A DNA stretch of 63,782 nt, the filler included, from Chiloscyllium plagiosum (taxonomy: Eukaryota), in assembly GCF_004010195.1 (NCBI RefSeq). It is 5 parts of one record of this genome, joined end to end, with 100 filler letters (N's around TTAATTAATTAA, not from the genome) between each part and the next. Parts side by side here need not be neighbours in the genome. Positions count along the whole stretch, not along the records: positions 51,365 to 61,976 come from NC_057711.1; positions 62,077 to 63,782 come from NC_057711.1; 3 more parts are not named here. The stretch is one strand, 5' to 3'. Under the pieces are notes generated by a model. It worked only from the letters and a program-made list of their open reading frames with translations. It was not told where the DNA came from and ran no database searches. Positions 51,365 through 62,614 of this stretch are shown piece by piece; the stretch's first letter is position 1; each line of letters starts with the position of its first letter. The translations under genes and the position numbers were made by a program.

Positions 51365-51640
51365 CTTCTTGACCTGCAATCTTCTTCCCGACCTCTTTGC
51401 CCCCTCTCCGGCCTATCACCCTCACCTTAACCTCCTTCCACCTATCGCATTCCCAACGCCCCTTCCCCAAGTCCCTCCTCCCTACCTTTTATCTTAGTCT
51501 GCTTGGCACACCCTCCTCATTCCTGAAGAAGGGCTTATGCCCGAAATGTCGATTCTCCTGCTCCTTGGATGCTGCCTGACCTGCTGCGCTTTTCCAGCAA
51601 CACATTTTTCAGCTCTGATTTCCAGTCCTCACTTTCTCCT
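51365..51640 (+). mobile_element. Penelope 3' terminal repeat with hammerhead-like motif at 51523-51550
   Basis: Reverse complement of 34943-35180. Confidence 0.85.
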
Positions 51641-51769
51641 AGATGTTTCCGTTGAAGTAAACTTGGTAAAAAGAGTTATTCATACAAAGCAGGACTAGCA
51701 CCTCGTCACTGATTGTTTAGCTACTTGTCTGTACTTCAATGCTGCTGGATCTCTCACCTATTTGATTTA

Positions 51770-51905
51770 TGATTTGGAGGTGCTGGTGTTACTGGTGTGG
51801 ACAAAGTTGAAAATCACACAACACCCGGTTATAGTCTAACAGGTTTATTTCGAAGCACTAGCTTTCGAGGCACTCCCTTTTCATCAGATGTGATTTTGAA
51901 CTCTG
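51770..51905 (-). mobile_element. Short Penelope terminal-repeat fragment (family of 44990)
   Basis: Reverse strand catCUGAUGA...GAAAGCUAgug. Confidence 0.65.
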
Positions 51906-53219
51906 TTTTATTTAACATGACAAAGCAAACCTAGGAATGCTGAAATTTACCTTTGAAAATTTCACTCTGGGGTCAGTTCCTTCTGACCACCTTTTACACA
52001 TTGCCAGTCTTGCCTCCGGTGCAATTAAAGGATCTGTATTTTAATGCAGTATTGTGCAAGTGACATGGGTGTGGAACAAATCTGGGGATCAGATTTGCAA
52101 GACCAGATTGAAACTAAAACTCTTAAAAACAGCAATGGTCTGCACTACAATAAAAAAGACACACTGCTGAAAATAGTCAGGTCAGGCAATATTTGAGAAA
52201 AAGAAACAAAACTAACAATTTGCTTAGTATTATCAAAATTTAATCTAAATGGTAATTCTTATTATTTCGTCTTAATTTCTTTGTAATTTTCCAATGTCAA
52301 ATGTGTCACTTAGCTGCAATGTACATCATATACTCATCGTGTCTCTCTCCTTTTGTGCAATAATTATGTAATTACTGTGAATTTTAAACTATAGCAGTGA
52401 AAAAATATCAAACAGCACTATGATTTCTCTTTCATGAGAGCTACAAATGGAAGCTAATTATATTTGGGGCAGAATTACTATAACAGGAAGAGCATGATTA
52501 CCTGATTACCCATCTTCCAGCAAAATAACATACAGATATAGTTATATATCAAGATATTATCGGGATAAAAGAAAAGTAGTGTGATACTACAGATCTGAGA
52601 TAAAATGAGAAATTTCTGAAGAAACTCAGCAGGTCTGGTAGCGCCTGTGGAGAGACAGGAACAGAGTTAATGCATGGAATCCTGTGGGATCTGAATGACA
52701 TGGTGGGATGTGTAGCAAAATTGGGTGACCAGGGCAGTGAGGTTCATCTTGAGATCATCCTGCTCCATCTTTCATGCTTTACACAAAAGGCATGCAATAT
52801 GCTTGCAATATGCTTACAGCATTCTGTTTTCATTGCCTTGCTTAGCCTTTTTTGCGCTTTGCTCCCTCACCCAGAGATAACAGTTTCATTAAAAAAATTT
52901 TGCAGAGCTGTTTAGACACAAAGCCAGGAAGTTTGTCATAATTGTCAGCAGATCTCAATCAAGTCAAGGGGGCTAGCCTTTGTTCAAGAGATCCTGCCAC
53001 TGTGAGCAGGGCAGCCTCCAGATACTAGTCCGAGCCCAGCTTGGGGAAATCATGATCAGGATCCTCTTCTCATAAGGAATGAGGAGATGAATGATGGATA
53101 ACACACCACCTGACTTGACTCTTAAGTCATGCTGGAGCATGAGTCTTGGGGGGAGGTGGGTACACTAAAAGACATGGAGTGAGTTCGAGATATCAGAGAG
53201 AAGATTACCCAGGCAGACT

Positions 53220-53736
53220 GGAGAAGGACATAGGCCTTCTTCCTACATTGCAGGCCATCTTCCTAATGGCTGAACCTGCTTTAGTCAGGAAGCAAACTCA
53301 GACCAGACTGGCATGGCTTGGCAAGATGGCCTCCACTCCTGCTTTTATGGGAGAGGAAAGTCACACATTGGCACCAGCATCTAGGAGGAATTCCAGGACC
53401 CTGCACACAAAGTGAGGCAACAGTTTCCCCTGTCTGCCATGTCTGAAGTACATGTGGAAACTATGCAGGGCAGCTCTCAATTTAAAGTTTGGCTGGCTGC
53501 ACAATAGGCTTTTTAAGATTGCGCACAATGATGCCAGTGTTTAAGCAGATATCTACTGAGCTGTTGTGGGAATGCCATATGGTAGGATGCGGCAGAAATC
53601 AGGTGCAAACGACACCATGGGGTGTGGATAGGTAATTTATGATGTGAGGTAAGATGGGGCAAGAGGATTGACAGTGAAACACCTCCAAAATACTCAATGC
53701 AGCTCAAATTTAGACAAATAAAGTAAGATTCAGCCC
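53220..53736 (-). mobile_element. Harbinger element end: Myb/SANT-like gene remnant (ATG at 53440) and terminal repeat
   Basis: With shifts: GKLLPHFVCRVLEFLLDA..WRP..MPVWSEFA..LQCRKKAYVLL; terminal gtaagattcagccc at 53723-53736. Confidence 0.65.
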
Positions 53737-53780
53737 AGCATATTGAGGCTAGTTGATCTCTTTCATTTACAGAGGAAGTT

Positions 53781-54616
53781 ATAAGACCATAAGACCATAA
53801 GACATAGGAGCGGAAGTAAGGCCATTCGGCCCATCGAGTCCACTCCGCCATTCAATCATGGCTGATGGGCATTTCAACTCCACTTACCCGCATTCTCCCT
53901 GTAGCCCTTAATTCCTTGTGACATCAAGAATTTATCAATTTCTGCCTTGAAGACATTTAGCGTCCCAGCCTCCACTGCACTCTGTGGCAATGAATTCCAC
54001 AGGCCCACCACTCTCTGGCTGAAGAAATGTCTCCGCATTTCTGTTCTGAATTTACCCCCTCTAATTCTAAGGCTGTGTCCACGGGTCCTAGTCTCCTCGC
54101 CTAACGGAAACAATTTCCTAGCGTCCACCCTTTCCAAGCCATGTATTATCTTGTAAGTTTCTATTGGATCTCCCCTTAATCTTCTAAACTCCAATGGATA
54201 CAATCCCAGGATCCTCAGCCGTTCCTCGTATGTTAAGCGTACCATTCCAGGGATCATCCGTGTGAATCTCCGCTGGACACGCTCCAGTGCCAGTAAGTCC
54301 TTCCTGAGGTGTGGGGACCAAAACTGGACACAGGACTCCAAATGGGGCCTAACCAGAGCTTTATAAATTCTCAGTAGCACAACAGTGCTTTTATATTCCA
54401 ACCCCCTTGAGATAATTGACAACATTGCATTCGCTTTCTTAATCACGGACTCAACCTGCATGTTTACCTTAAGAGAATCCTCAACTAACACTCCCAGATC
54501 CCTCTGTACTTTGGCTTTACGAATTTTCTCACCGTTTAGAAAGTAATCCATGCTTCTATTCTTTTTCCCAAAGTGCAAGACCTCGCATTTGCTCACATTG
54601 AATTCCATCAACCATT
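53781..54616 (-). mobile_element. Young CR1 3' fragment with an uninterrupted 245-codon frame
   Basis: ORF 53874-54611; (tcttatgg)n tail. Confidence 0.95.
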
Positions 54617-56351
54617 TTCATGGATAACAATTATCAATGGGATGATTGGTTAATTTTTCTCTCCCTAGTTTGATGATGCATCTTCAGAGTCTGAAGATTG
54701 TTCCAGCTGTCCGGGAAAAGAGATCTAATTCCTCAGCAGGTGAATACTAACTCACCCCAAGGGAGTAAACCCATAACCTTCTGGTCTGTACAGCTCAGTA
54801 CCACAAGATACAATGTATCTATGGGCAAAACCATGCCAGTGTATGTGTTGTATTTACTTTTTTTGTTCTTTAAAAGGCAGTAAGTGATGCTAGAAAATAG
54901 AACATTTGTTGTCCATCTCTTTTTGCCCTTGACATTGTGGTGGAAAGCCAAATTCTTGAAGTATTGCAGTCCATCTCGTGTCGGTACATCACAGAACTGT
55001 TAGATAGGTGGCTACAGGTTTTTGGTCCAACAATCATGAAAAAAGAGTGATTTAGTTCCAAGGATAGTTTGGGGCTTGCCAGAAACTTGCAAGTGGTAGT
55101 ACTGCTGCAGCTTCTCGGTGGTACAGGTCATAGGTGAGTTCCTCGCCGTAGAATTCCCAGTATCTGAACCCACTCTTGCAGCCACCATTTTTATATTTTC
55201 ATAACGTTTTACAGATGATCTCCAGGAAATTGACATTAAGTGATTCAATAATGGCAATGCCTTTGAATGTTAAAGGCAGATGGTTAAACTATCTTTTTTG
55301 TGGGGATGGCAATTTCCTGACACAGCACTCAAACATGTCTTGTTTGTGCTTTGTTCATTTTGCTCTCAACACAGAGTGGAACCATTTTCTCCTTTCCACG
55401 CCTATCACTTATATCTTTTCTAAATCTCCATTTTGCTTTACTACCATAGCACTGCTTTTACTCTGGGCATTCTCACCATTTATTCCACTTGATCCTCCTC
55501 CCTCTCTGTCAATAGCTAAAGAAAAACTTTTTTTTTACCATTTCAGTTCTGAAGAACAATCAACTTGGATTCAAAACATTAACTTTGTTTGTCTCTCCAC
55601 AGATCCTGCCACACCTGCTGATTTTTTTCCAGCTTTCACTCTATTTTTTTCAGATTTCCAACATTTATTTGAGTTGTGAATGGGACTGCATACTGTGCAA
55701 TCATTAGCAAATCTCCATTTCTGACCTTATGATGAGGGGAACATACAAACAAGGCAACTCAAACACCACTGAGAACCTTGCTTTCCTTGCTGAACAAAAT
55801 TTATTCACTTCTGTTTCAATCGTCTTTTAAGGAAAAGAGTTCCAAAGACTCATGGATCTCTGAGACAGAAAAATAAAAAAAAATCTCACCTGTGTTAAAG
55901 GGGTCATTATTTTTAAAATAATGAAACCTGGTTCCAGATTTTACCACAAGACAAAACATCTTCTTCACATGACCCTGTAATTTGACCCCAGGATCTTATC
56001 TGCTTCAATCAAATCATATCTTACTCTTCTAATCTCATAGATCTATGTTGGAGCTGTGCAGGACTTTGGTTAAGCCACACCTGGAGTACTGTGTACAGTT
56101 CTGTTCACTGCATTGCAGGAAGGATGTGACTGCACTGGAGTGGGTGCAGAGGAGATTCACCAGGATGTTGCCTGAGATGCAGCCTTTTAGCTATGAAGAG
56201 TGGCTGGATAAGCTCAAGTTGTTTTCTTTAGAGCAAAGAAGGCTGACAGGAGACTTGAATGAGCTGTATAAGATTATGAGGGGCATGGACAGGGTGGACA
56301 GAAAGCAACTGTTCCCCTTGTTGACCTCAGATAACAAGGGGGCATTATTTT

Positions 56352-56478
56352 AAGGAGAAAGTGAGGTCTGCAGATGCTGGAGTTCAAAGTTGAAACTTTA
56401 TTGCTGGAACAGCACAGCAGGTCAGGCAGCATCCAGGGAACAGGAGATTCGACGTTTCGGGCACAGGCCCTTCTTCAG
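56352..56478 (-). mobile_element. Short Penelope terminal-repeat insertion with an intact hammerhead core (56451-56478)
   Basis: Flanking repeat gcattat (56342-56348 and 56478-56484); minus strand CUGAAGA-A-GGGC CUGU GCCC-GAAA-C-GUC. Confidence 0.75.
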
Positions 56479-56639
56479 CATTATCTAGAGGGGATTTGAG
56501 GAAAGTATTTTTACCCAGAAGGTGGTGGGAATCTAGAATGTACTGACTGGGAGGGGAATTGAGGTGAGAAACATCAGAACCCTTAAAAAAGTATTTGGAT
56601 GAGCACTAAATGTCATAACATTCAAGACTATGGGCAACT

Positions 56640-56986
56640 GGGAGGCAATGGCCTGGTGCTATTATTGTTGGACTCTTAACCCAGAGACCCAAATAATATT
56701 CTGGGGACCTGGGTTCAAATCCTGTCAACGCAGATGGTGGAATTTGAATTCAATAAATATCTGGAATTGAGAGTCTGTGATGATCAAGGTTTCATTGTCA
56801 ATTGTTGGTAAAACCCATCTGGTTCACTAATGTCCTGTAGGGAAGGAAACTGCTGTCTTTACCTAGTACAGCCTACATGTGCCTCCTGACCCACAGCAAT
56901 ATGGATGACTCTTAACTGTCCGATGGGATGGGCAATAAATACTGGTTATGCAGTGATGCCCTCATCCCGTGAATGAGTTAAAAAAA
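56640..56986 (+). mobile_element. tRNA-derived SINE with LINE-like tail
   Basis: tggcctggtg A-box-like, gggttcaaatcc B-box; tail gggatgggcaataaat...gccctcatcccgtgaatga followed by an A-run. Confidence 0.8.
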
Positions 56987-57184
56987 GTGTTGCAAAATAT
57001 TGTAAATTCTTGTCAGTGCAGACTTGATGGGCCAATAGACCTGTTCAACACTGTATGATTCTATGACTCCAGCAGATACAAGCGGAGCTTGTCCAACCTT
57101 TCCTCATAAGACAAATCACTCAGTCCAGGTACTAGTGTGGTACTGCTTTGAACTGCTTCCTACACATTGATATCCTTTCTCAAA

Positions 57185-57527
57185 TCATAGAATTATAGAA
57201 TCAATACAGTGTGGAAACAAGCCATTAGGCCCAACTAGTCCACATCAACCCTCCAAAGATTATCCCACACAGACCCATTCCTCTACCCTATTACTCTATA
57301 TTTACCCCTGACTAATACGCCTAACCGACACATCCCTGAACACTGTGGGCAATTTAGCATGGCCAATACACCTAATGTGCACATCTTTGGATTGTGGGAA
57401 GAAACCAGAGCACCTGGAGGAAACCCATGCACACACGGAGAGGGTGTGCAAATTCCACACAGACAGTTGTCCGAGGCTGGAAGCGAACCTGGCTCCCTGG
57501 AGCTGTGAGGCAGCAGTGCTAACCACT
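57185..57527 (-). mobile_element. HE1-type V-SINE
   Basis: Reverse complement of the consensus seen at 45666 and 5340. Confidence 0.88.
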
Positions 57528-58519
57528 GATAAGGTAAACGATGTAGTGAACAGTATTCCAGATGTGGTCCCACCAGTGCATGGAATAACTGAAGCATATT
57601 TTTGTACATAGTTTCCATTGTGACAAATGACAACATTCGATTAGCTTTCGTAATTGCTTGCCGTATATATATATATAAAACCATTAGTGTTTCATGCATT
57701 AGGATACTTAGATCTCTTGCATCTCAGGACCCTGCAATCTCTGGGAAAGCCATTGATGAAGCAACCAAAGATCATTGGGACACCGCCCTGAGGAACTCCT
57801 GTATCAATGTCCAGAGCTGAAAGGTTTGATGTCAGTGACCAGAACCACCTTCCTTAGTGCTAAGTATGACTCCAATCATTAAATAATATTCTTGTTGATT
57901 CTTATTGACTTCAATTTTGCCAGGGTTGCTTGTGGCCAGACTGAGTCTAATTCTGCTGTGATGTCAACCACTTTCATCTCATGTCTTTCGTCCAATTCTT
58001 TCTTGCCTATGTTTGGAACAAAGCTTAATGAGGTCAGGAGCTGAAGGCATGTTGAGCACTGGTGAGTAGGTATTGTTGTGCAAGTGCTGCTTGATAGCAC
58101 TGTGAATGTGAACGTCCATCACATTGTTGATGTTTAACAGGAGACTAATGTAGTACTAATTGGCATGATTGGATCTGACCTGCTTTTGTGTAAAGGACAT
58201 TCATGGGCAATATTCCATGTTGACAGGGAGCATTCAGTGTTGGGCTCTGTTTTTCACATTGCTGGGAACCAGTGGTGAAGGCTAAAAATAAGAAGCAAAC
58301 GAGTGCACAAAAGCATAAAGCACATTAACTCTACTTGCCCAGATACCAAAGGCATCACATCAATCTGACAGACAGATTTTCAAGAGTAGAAACCAAAGTT
58401 CCTACAATGTACTCTGTCATTTTTCAAAAGGACAATTTGCATATTCATGACACAATTTAACTTTGATAAAATAGCCAATCAGAAATACTGGTAAACTATC
58501 TTAAAATTAGAAAACCTAC

Positions 58520-58679
58520 CAGTGTGCCATCTGCTTTTGTTGCATTAGTACAACCTGCATAGCATGCAGAAAAGTACTGGACATTATTTGCACCACATAC
58601 TGGATTGAAGTAAGAACGGATGCAATGACACTCCTTATTGCAGGGTACCACCAAGTCGATTTTTTCTGCAGTGCTGTTA
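58520..58679 (-). CDS. SLCO4C1: Internal coding exon of an organic anion transporting polypeptide (Kazal-like extracellular loop), most like OATP4C1
   Basis: NSTAEKIDLVVPCNKECHCIRSYFNPVCGANNVQYFSACYAGCTNATKADGTL fits the OATP signature C-x3-C-x-C-x6-PVCG-x4-Y-x-S-x-C-x-AGC; acceptor ttttctccatattgtctcacag, donor CTG|gtaggt (phase 2 to phase 0). RSY and VQYFS favour SLCO4C1 over SLCO4A1 from memory; the paralogue is less certain than the family. Confidence 0.85.
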
Positions 58680-59059
58680 CTGTGAGACAATATGGAGAAA
58701 AGAAAGGATAATGTTTCTCTCAGTTCACATAAAATCACAGATTAACATTGAAGGATAAAGTCCTGTTGCTTCAGCAATGGCATTTGTATAAGAACCAATA
58801 TCCTGAGGATGCCATTGATGTTGGTTTTGCTATTAATTTAAGCATAGCACTCAAAAATAGACCATCAGTATTGTTTAGGATTTATAGCTTGCTGCTAAAT
58901 AACAATCAGCAATTTGTCTTATTTTTCTGTAAGATATTTCAAAATTATGCTTGGGCACACGAGAAAATCCCCCTTCTTGGATCACCTGTAACAAAAATTA
59001 AGATAAGGATTTGAAAATTGCTATTCTGTGGATTTAATTACTTGCACAAAACATGTAGG

Positions 59060-61163
59060 ACCAAAAATCAGTTTGTGCTACGCTTATCCAAGTAAAATTC
59101 TTGATGAAGTCAAAATGGTTGATGGAGGGAATTCTATCTATGAATTTTAAGGAAGTGTTTGACAAAATATTGTATAAAGTTTATTTAAAAAATGAGGCTA
59201 TAGAATAGGAGGATCAGTGTCAGTCTGGATAAAACCTAGCATAAGGAAAAAAAAATCAGTGAATCGTAGTCAATGTTTGTTTTTCAGATTGAAGGATGGT
59301 AGACACTGGTGTTTTCAAATAATTAGCATTGAGTAAAACATCAAAGTTTGATGATGATACCAAATTTTGAAATATGACATTCAGGATGATACCAAACAAA
59401 TAAGACATTGGTGGGTTTGTAAATAGGGAGAAAGATAAATGGAATTTAATAGAGAGGAGTTTGAGCTGATGCATAAGACAGAGACAATGTACCAGAACAG
59501 TCCTGGTACCAGGACTAAAATCCCCAATGTACCAGGAATTGGGGATTTTAGCCACAAGATTAGGTTGGAGAAATTGGTGTTGTTCAGTTTGAAGCAATTG
59601 AAGAGAGATTTGATAGCGATGCTTCATGATGACTTACAAGCCATGATCCTCACGAACGCATCCAGCACAGACTCAATACGAGGGTAAACTGGGGTCATCG
59701 CAATAACACTCCTCTCCACTTTTTTTTGCCACAACACACCACCCCATCTCCATGAAGCTCCCTGCCAGAGTGGAGCTAACCTACAGGTCAAGTGGGGAAA
59801 CTGTCAGCTTTCAACACCCCTAGGCCAGAAGCAAGAGCAGCGTAACTTCTGTTATTGAGCTGCACTATGCAGACAATGTGCACACATTCAAAGGTTGAGC
59901 TACAAACCATTGTCAACATATTCATCAAAGTGTAGGAGAGAATGGGTCTTAGACTAAATATCTGGAAAATAAAGGTTCTTTAGCAGCCCACACTTGTCAC
60001 CTATCCATCAAAATCCACGGCAAGCCCTTAGAAAAGGTGGGTCATTTCCCATACCTTGGGAGTGTCCTTTTGGTGCAAACTAACATTGATGATGAAATCC
60101 AACACCGACTCCAACGTGCCCGTGCAGCCTGAGGAACAGTGTTCGAAACTCGAGACTTCAAACCCGACACAAAATGCATGATCTCCTGCGTGGTATGGTC
60201 CCTACTCTTCTGTGTGCATATGAAACAAAATCATGCATAGCAGACACTTCAAATCCCTGGAAAGCTATCACCAGTCCCGCCTCCACAAAATCCTGCAAAT
60301 CCACTAGCAGGATAGGCATCCTAACACAAACACCCTCTCAGGCCAATATTGAGGCACTGGTCACATACAATCGATTACGATGGGCCGGTTGCATTGTCCG
60401 CATGCCCAACCCAAGAATCTATTCCGAGCTCCGTAAAGGTAAGTGATCACTGGTAGGGCAGAGGAAATGCTACCCTGAAATTCCTAATCAAATGCAACAG
60501 ACCCAACAACATGTAGGAATCACTTGTCCAAAAATGCACAAACTGGAGAAAAAGCATCTGAGAAGATGCTAACCATTTTGAGCATCAATGAGTTTAATAA
60601 CTGGAGGCCAGGCAGCAGAAAGAGCAATGCAAAGTGCAGACTGTGCCACATCTCCCCTCCTGAAACACCACCTCCCCCATCTGCAGCAGATTATGCAGCT
60701 CCCAGATCGGACTATTCAGCCACCACTGAACTCACTGAACACACCCAAACACCCAGTCCAGAGTGGAAGCAAGCTGCCTTAGACACTGAGGGACTGCCAA
60801 AGAAGAAGAAGAAGATGTGGCCATGACAGGTTTGAATAATGAACACAATGAGAAGCAATGAAATGTTCTTATTGGCTGATGGTTCAAGGACTAGAGAACA
60901 CTGAAGCTGGGGAAGATATGAAGAACAATCTTTTTCCACAGTAAATGGTCATGTCTGGAAATCACAACTTGTAAAGTTGGTGGTAGTAGAGATGATTGAT
61001 GATTTCAAAAATAAATGAATGGGCAGTGGAGGGAAATAAATTTGAAAGATTATAATAACACAGCAGAAAAATGGTCCTCCTTGATTTTCTCTGGAGAAGC
61101 AGTATGGACTAATTGGACTAAGTGTCTACCATCTGTGATTTAAAGACTTTATGATTCTATGAC
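59060..61163 (+). mobile_element. Old CR1 RT and 3' fragment split by an RTE insertion
   Basis: Degenerate F.KVFDK, SKFDDDTK, LEKLVLFSLKQ..LKRDLI before 59620; resumes after 60816; tatgattctatgact tail. Confidence 0.65.
59625..60815 (+). mobile_element. RTE-clade (BovB-like) LINE 3' fragment
   Basis: LHDDLQA; ELHYADN; MGLRLNI.K.KVL; HFPYLGS; IDDEIQHRL; RLRWAGCIVRM; YSEL..G; (aag)n tail. Confidence 0.85.
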
Positions 61164-61754
61164 TAACAGCCTGTCATATTTTAAATTGACTGCAATATTT
61201 CTTATGCCTGTAAATGACACTGTACTCAATATTTTTCAAAGCTAATTGTATTACAGTTTCTATTGCATGGCAGGTTCCACACAATAGCTGCAAGTTATAG
61301 TGAACAAATGATTTTAAAAACCTGTTTTCAGTATATTTGTAGTTTGGAGAGTGGCCACTAGATGTTCCTGTTGAGTTTTTAGAGAAAATAAGTTACAGAT
61401 ATATTGGTTTTCAGTTTTTTTCACTGTAAGCTGCTGAGGAGTTAGTTTTACAGTTACATTCAGGCACCTTTGTTTACTTTTTCCTCTCCCTTCATTCTTC
61501 ATTCCACTGTTCCAGTTAATGTTTCTTAGCATCTTTTATGCATACCAGCCCACTAACACATATGCTGTTTTTGTACTATTTGCCCGGACATCCTCTTCGA
61601 TGAAACTTGTCTCACCATCACTCCAAACATCCTTGTTTAGTCCAACTACAACTTGTCAGGCTGCTTGTCACCTCCAACTGTTCCATAATCTCTGTGTTTT
61701 TAAGGTAAATTATAGTTTGAGCAGTGATGCTTTATGAGCTCCAAACTACTTTCA

Positions 61755-61976
61755 AGCACAGCAATTCAGGCAGCATCCAACAAGCAGCAAAATCAACGTT
61801 TCGGGCAAAAGCTCTTCATCAGGAATAAAGGCAGAGAGCCTGAAGCAGGGAGAGATAAGCTAGAGGAGGGTGGGGGTGGGGAGAAAGTAGCATAGAGTAC
61901 AATAGGTGAGTAGGGGAGGAGATGAAGGTGATAGGTCAGGGAGGAGAGGGTGGAGTGGATAGGTGGAAAAGGAGAT
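61755..61976 (-). mobile_element. Penelope 3' terminal repeat, third variant, with hammerhead motif at 61795-61822
   Basis: Minus strand CUGAUGA-A-GAGC UUUU GCCC-GAAA-C-GUU; purine-rich tract like 35040-35220. Confidence 0.75.
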
Positions 61977-62076
61977 NNNNNNNNNNNNNNNNNNNNNNNN
62001 NNNNNNNNNNNNNNNNNNNNTTAATTAATTAANNNNNNNNNNNNNNNNNNNNNNNNNNNNNNNNNNNNNNNNNNNN

Positions 62077-62175
62077 CTCATTCCTGAAGAAGGGCTTATG
62101 CCCGAAACGTCGATTCTCCTGTTCCTTGGAAGCTGCCTGACCTGCTGCGCTTTTCCAGCAACACATTTTCAGCTC
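62077..62175 (+). mobile_element. Penelope terminal-repeat end with an intact hammerhead core (62084-62111)
   Basis: ctgaagaagggcttatgcccgaaacgtc. Confidence 0.8.
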
Positions 62176-62371
62176 TTATTGATAAGTTACACAGGTACAC
62201 AAAGGGTTGGCAATGTACGAAAATGTGAAGCTGTTCATTTTGGAAGGGAGATGAAAAGAACAAAGTTTTATTTAAATGGAGAAACGCTGCCGAAAGCTGT
62301 AACACAATAGGACTCAGGAATACTGGTCTACAAAGACAGAAAGCTAAATCATAGGTGCAGCAGGTAATCAG

Positions 62372-62612
62372 TGTCAAGAGGGCAGTGCTGGAAAACCACA
62401 GCAGGTCAGGCAGCATCCACTCCCAGTATGTTCCCCTGCCACTGCAAGAGTTGCACAACGTGCGCTCACACCTCCCCGCTCACCTCCATCCAAGGTCACA
62501 AAGGATCTTTCCACATCCAACTGAAATTTATTACTGTTTCTGTTGCACCTGATGTGGTCTCCTGTACATCGGGGAGACAGGATGCCAACTTGCAGATCAT
62601 TTCAGTGAATTC
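62372..62612 (+). mobile_element. Penelope fragment: inverted terminal arm followed by the GIY-YIG region
   Basis: FPCHCKSCTTCAHTSP...IY..CC..CGLLYIGETG..LADHFSE. Confidence 0.75.
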
Positions 62613-62614
62613 TG

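Larger units (their letters stand above)
56043..57067 (+). mobile_element. CR1 3' fragment hosting Penelope and SINE insertions
   Basis: KPHLEYCVQF..RRFTRMLP; resumes with FTQKVVG after 56485; ctatgact tail. Confidence 0.85.

Noticed and set aside
54669..54739. Plus-strand ag...gt exon-like segment (similar one at 14451-14505)
   Set aside because: No recognisable peptide or partner exons; expected by chance
56640..56730. tRNA-like A and B boxes (also 4635, 13200, 31570, 5440)
   Set aside because: Heads of SINEs with no complete cloverleaf, so not tRNA genes
21702..62076. Palindromic TTAATTAATTAA repeated four times (21746, 37363, 51309, 62021)
   Set aside because: Each is centred in a 100-bp N block and gives stops in all six frames, so it is an assembly linker. 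Sequence either side may not be contiguous; for example, different Penelope variants flank the 62021 gap
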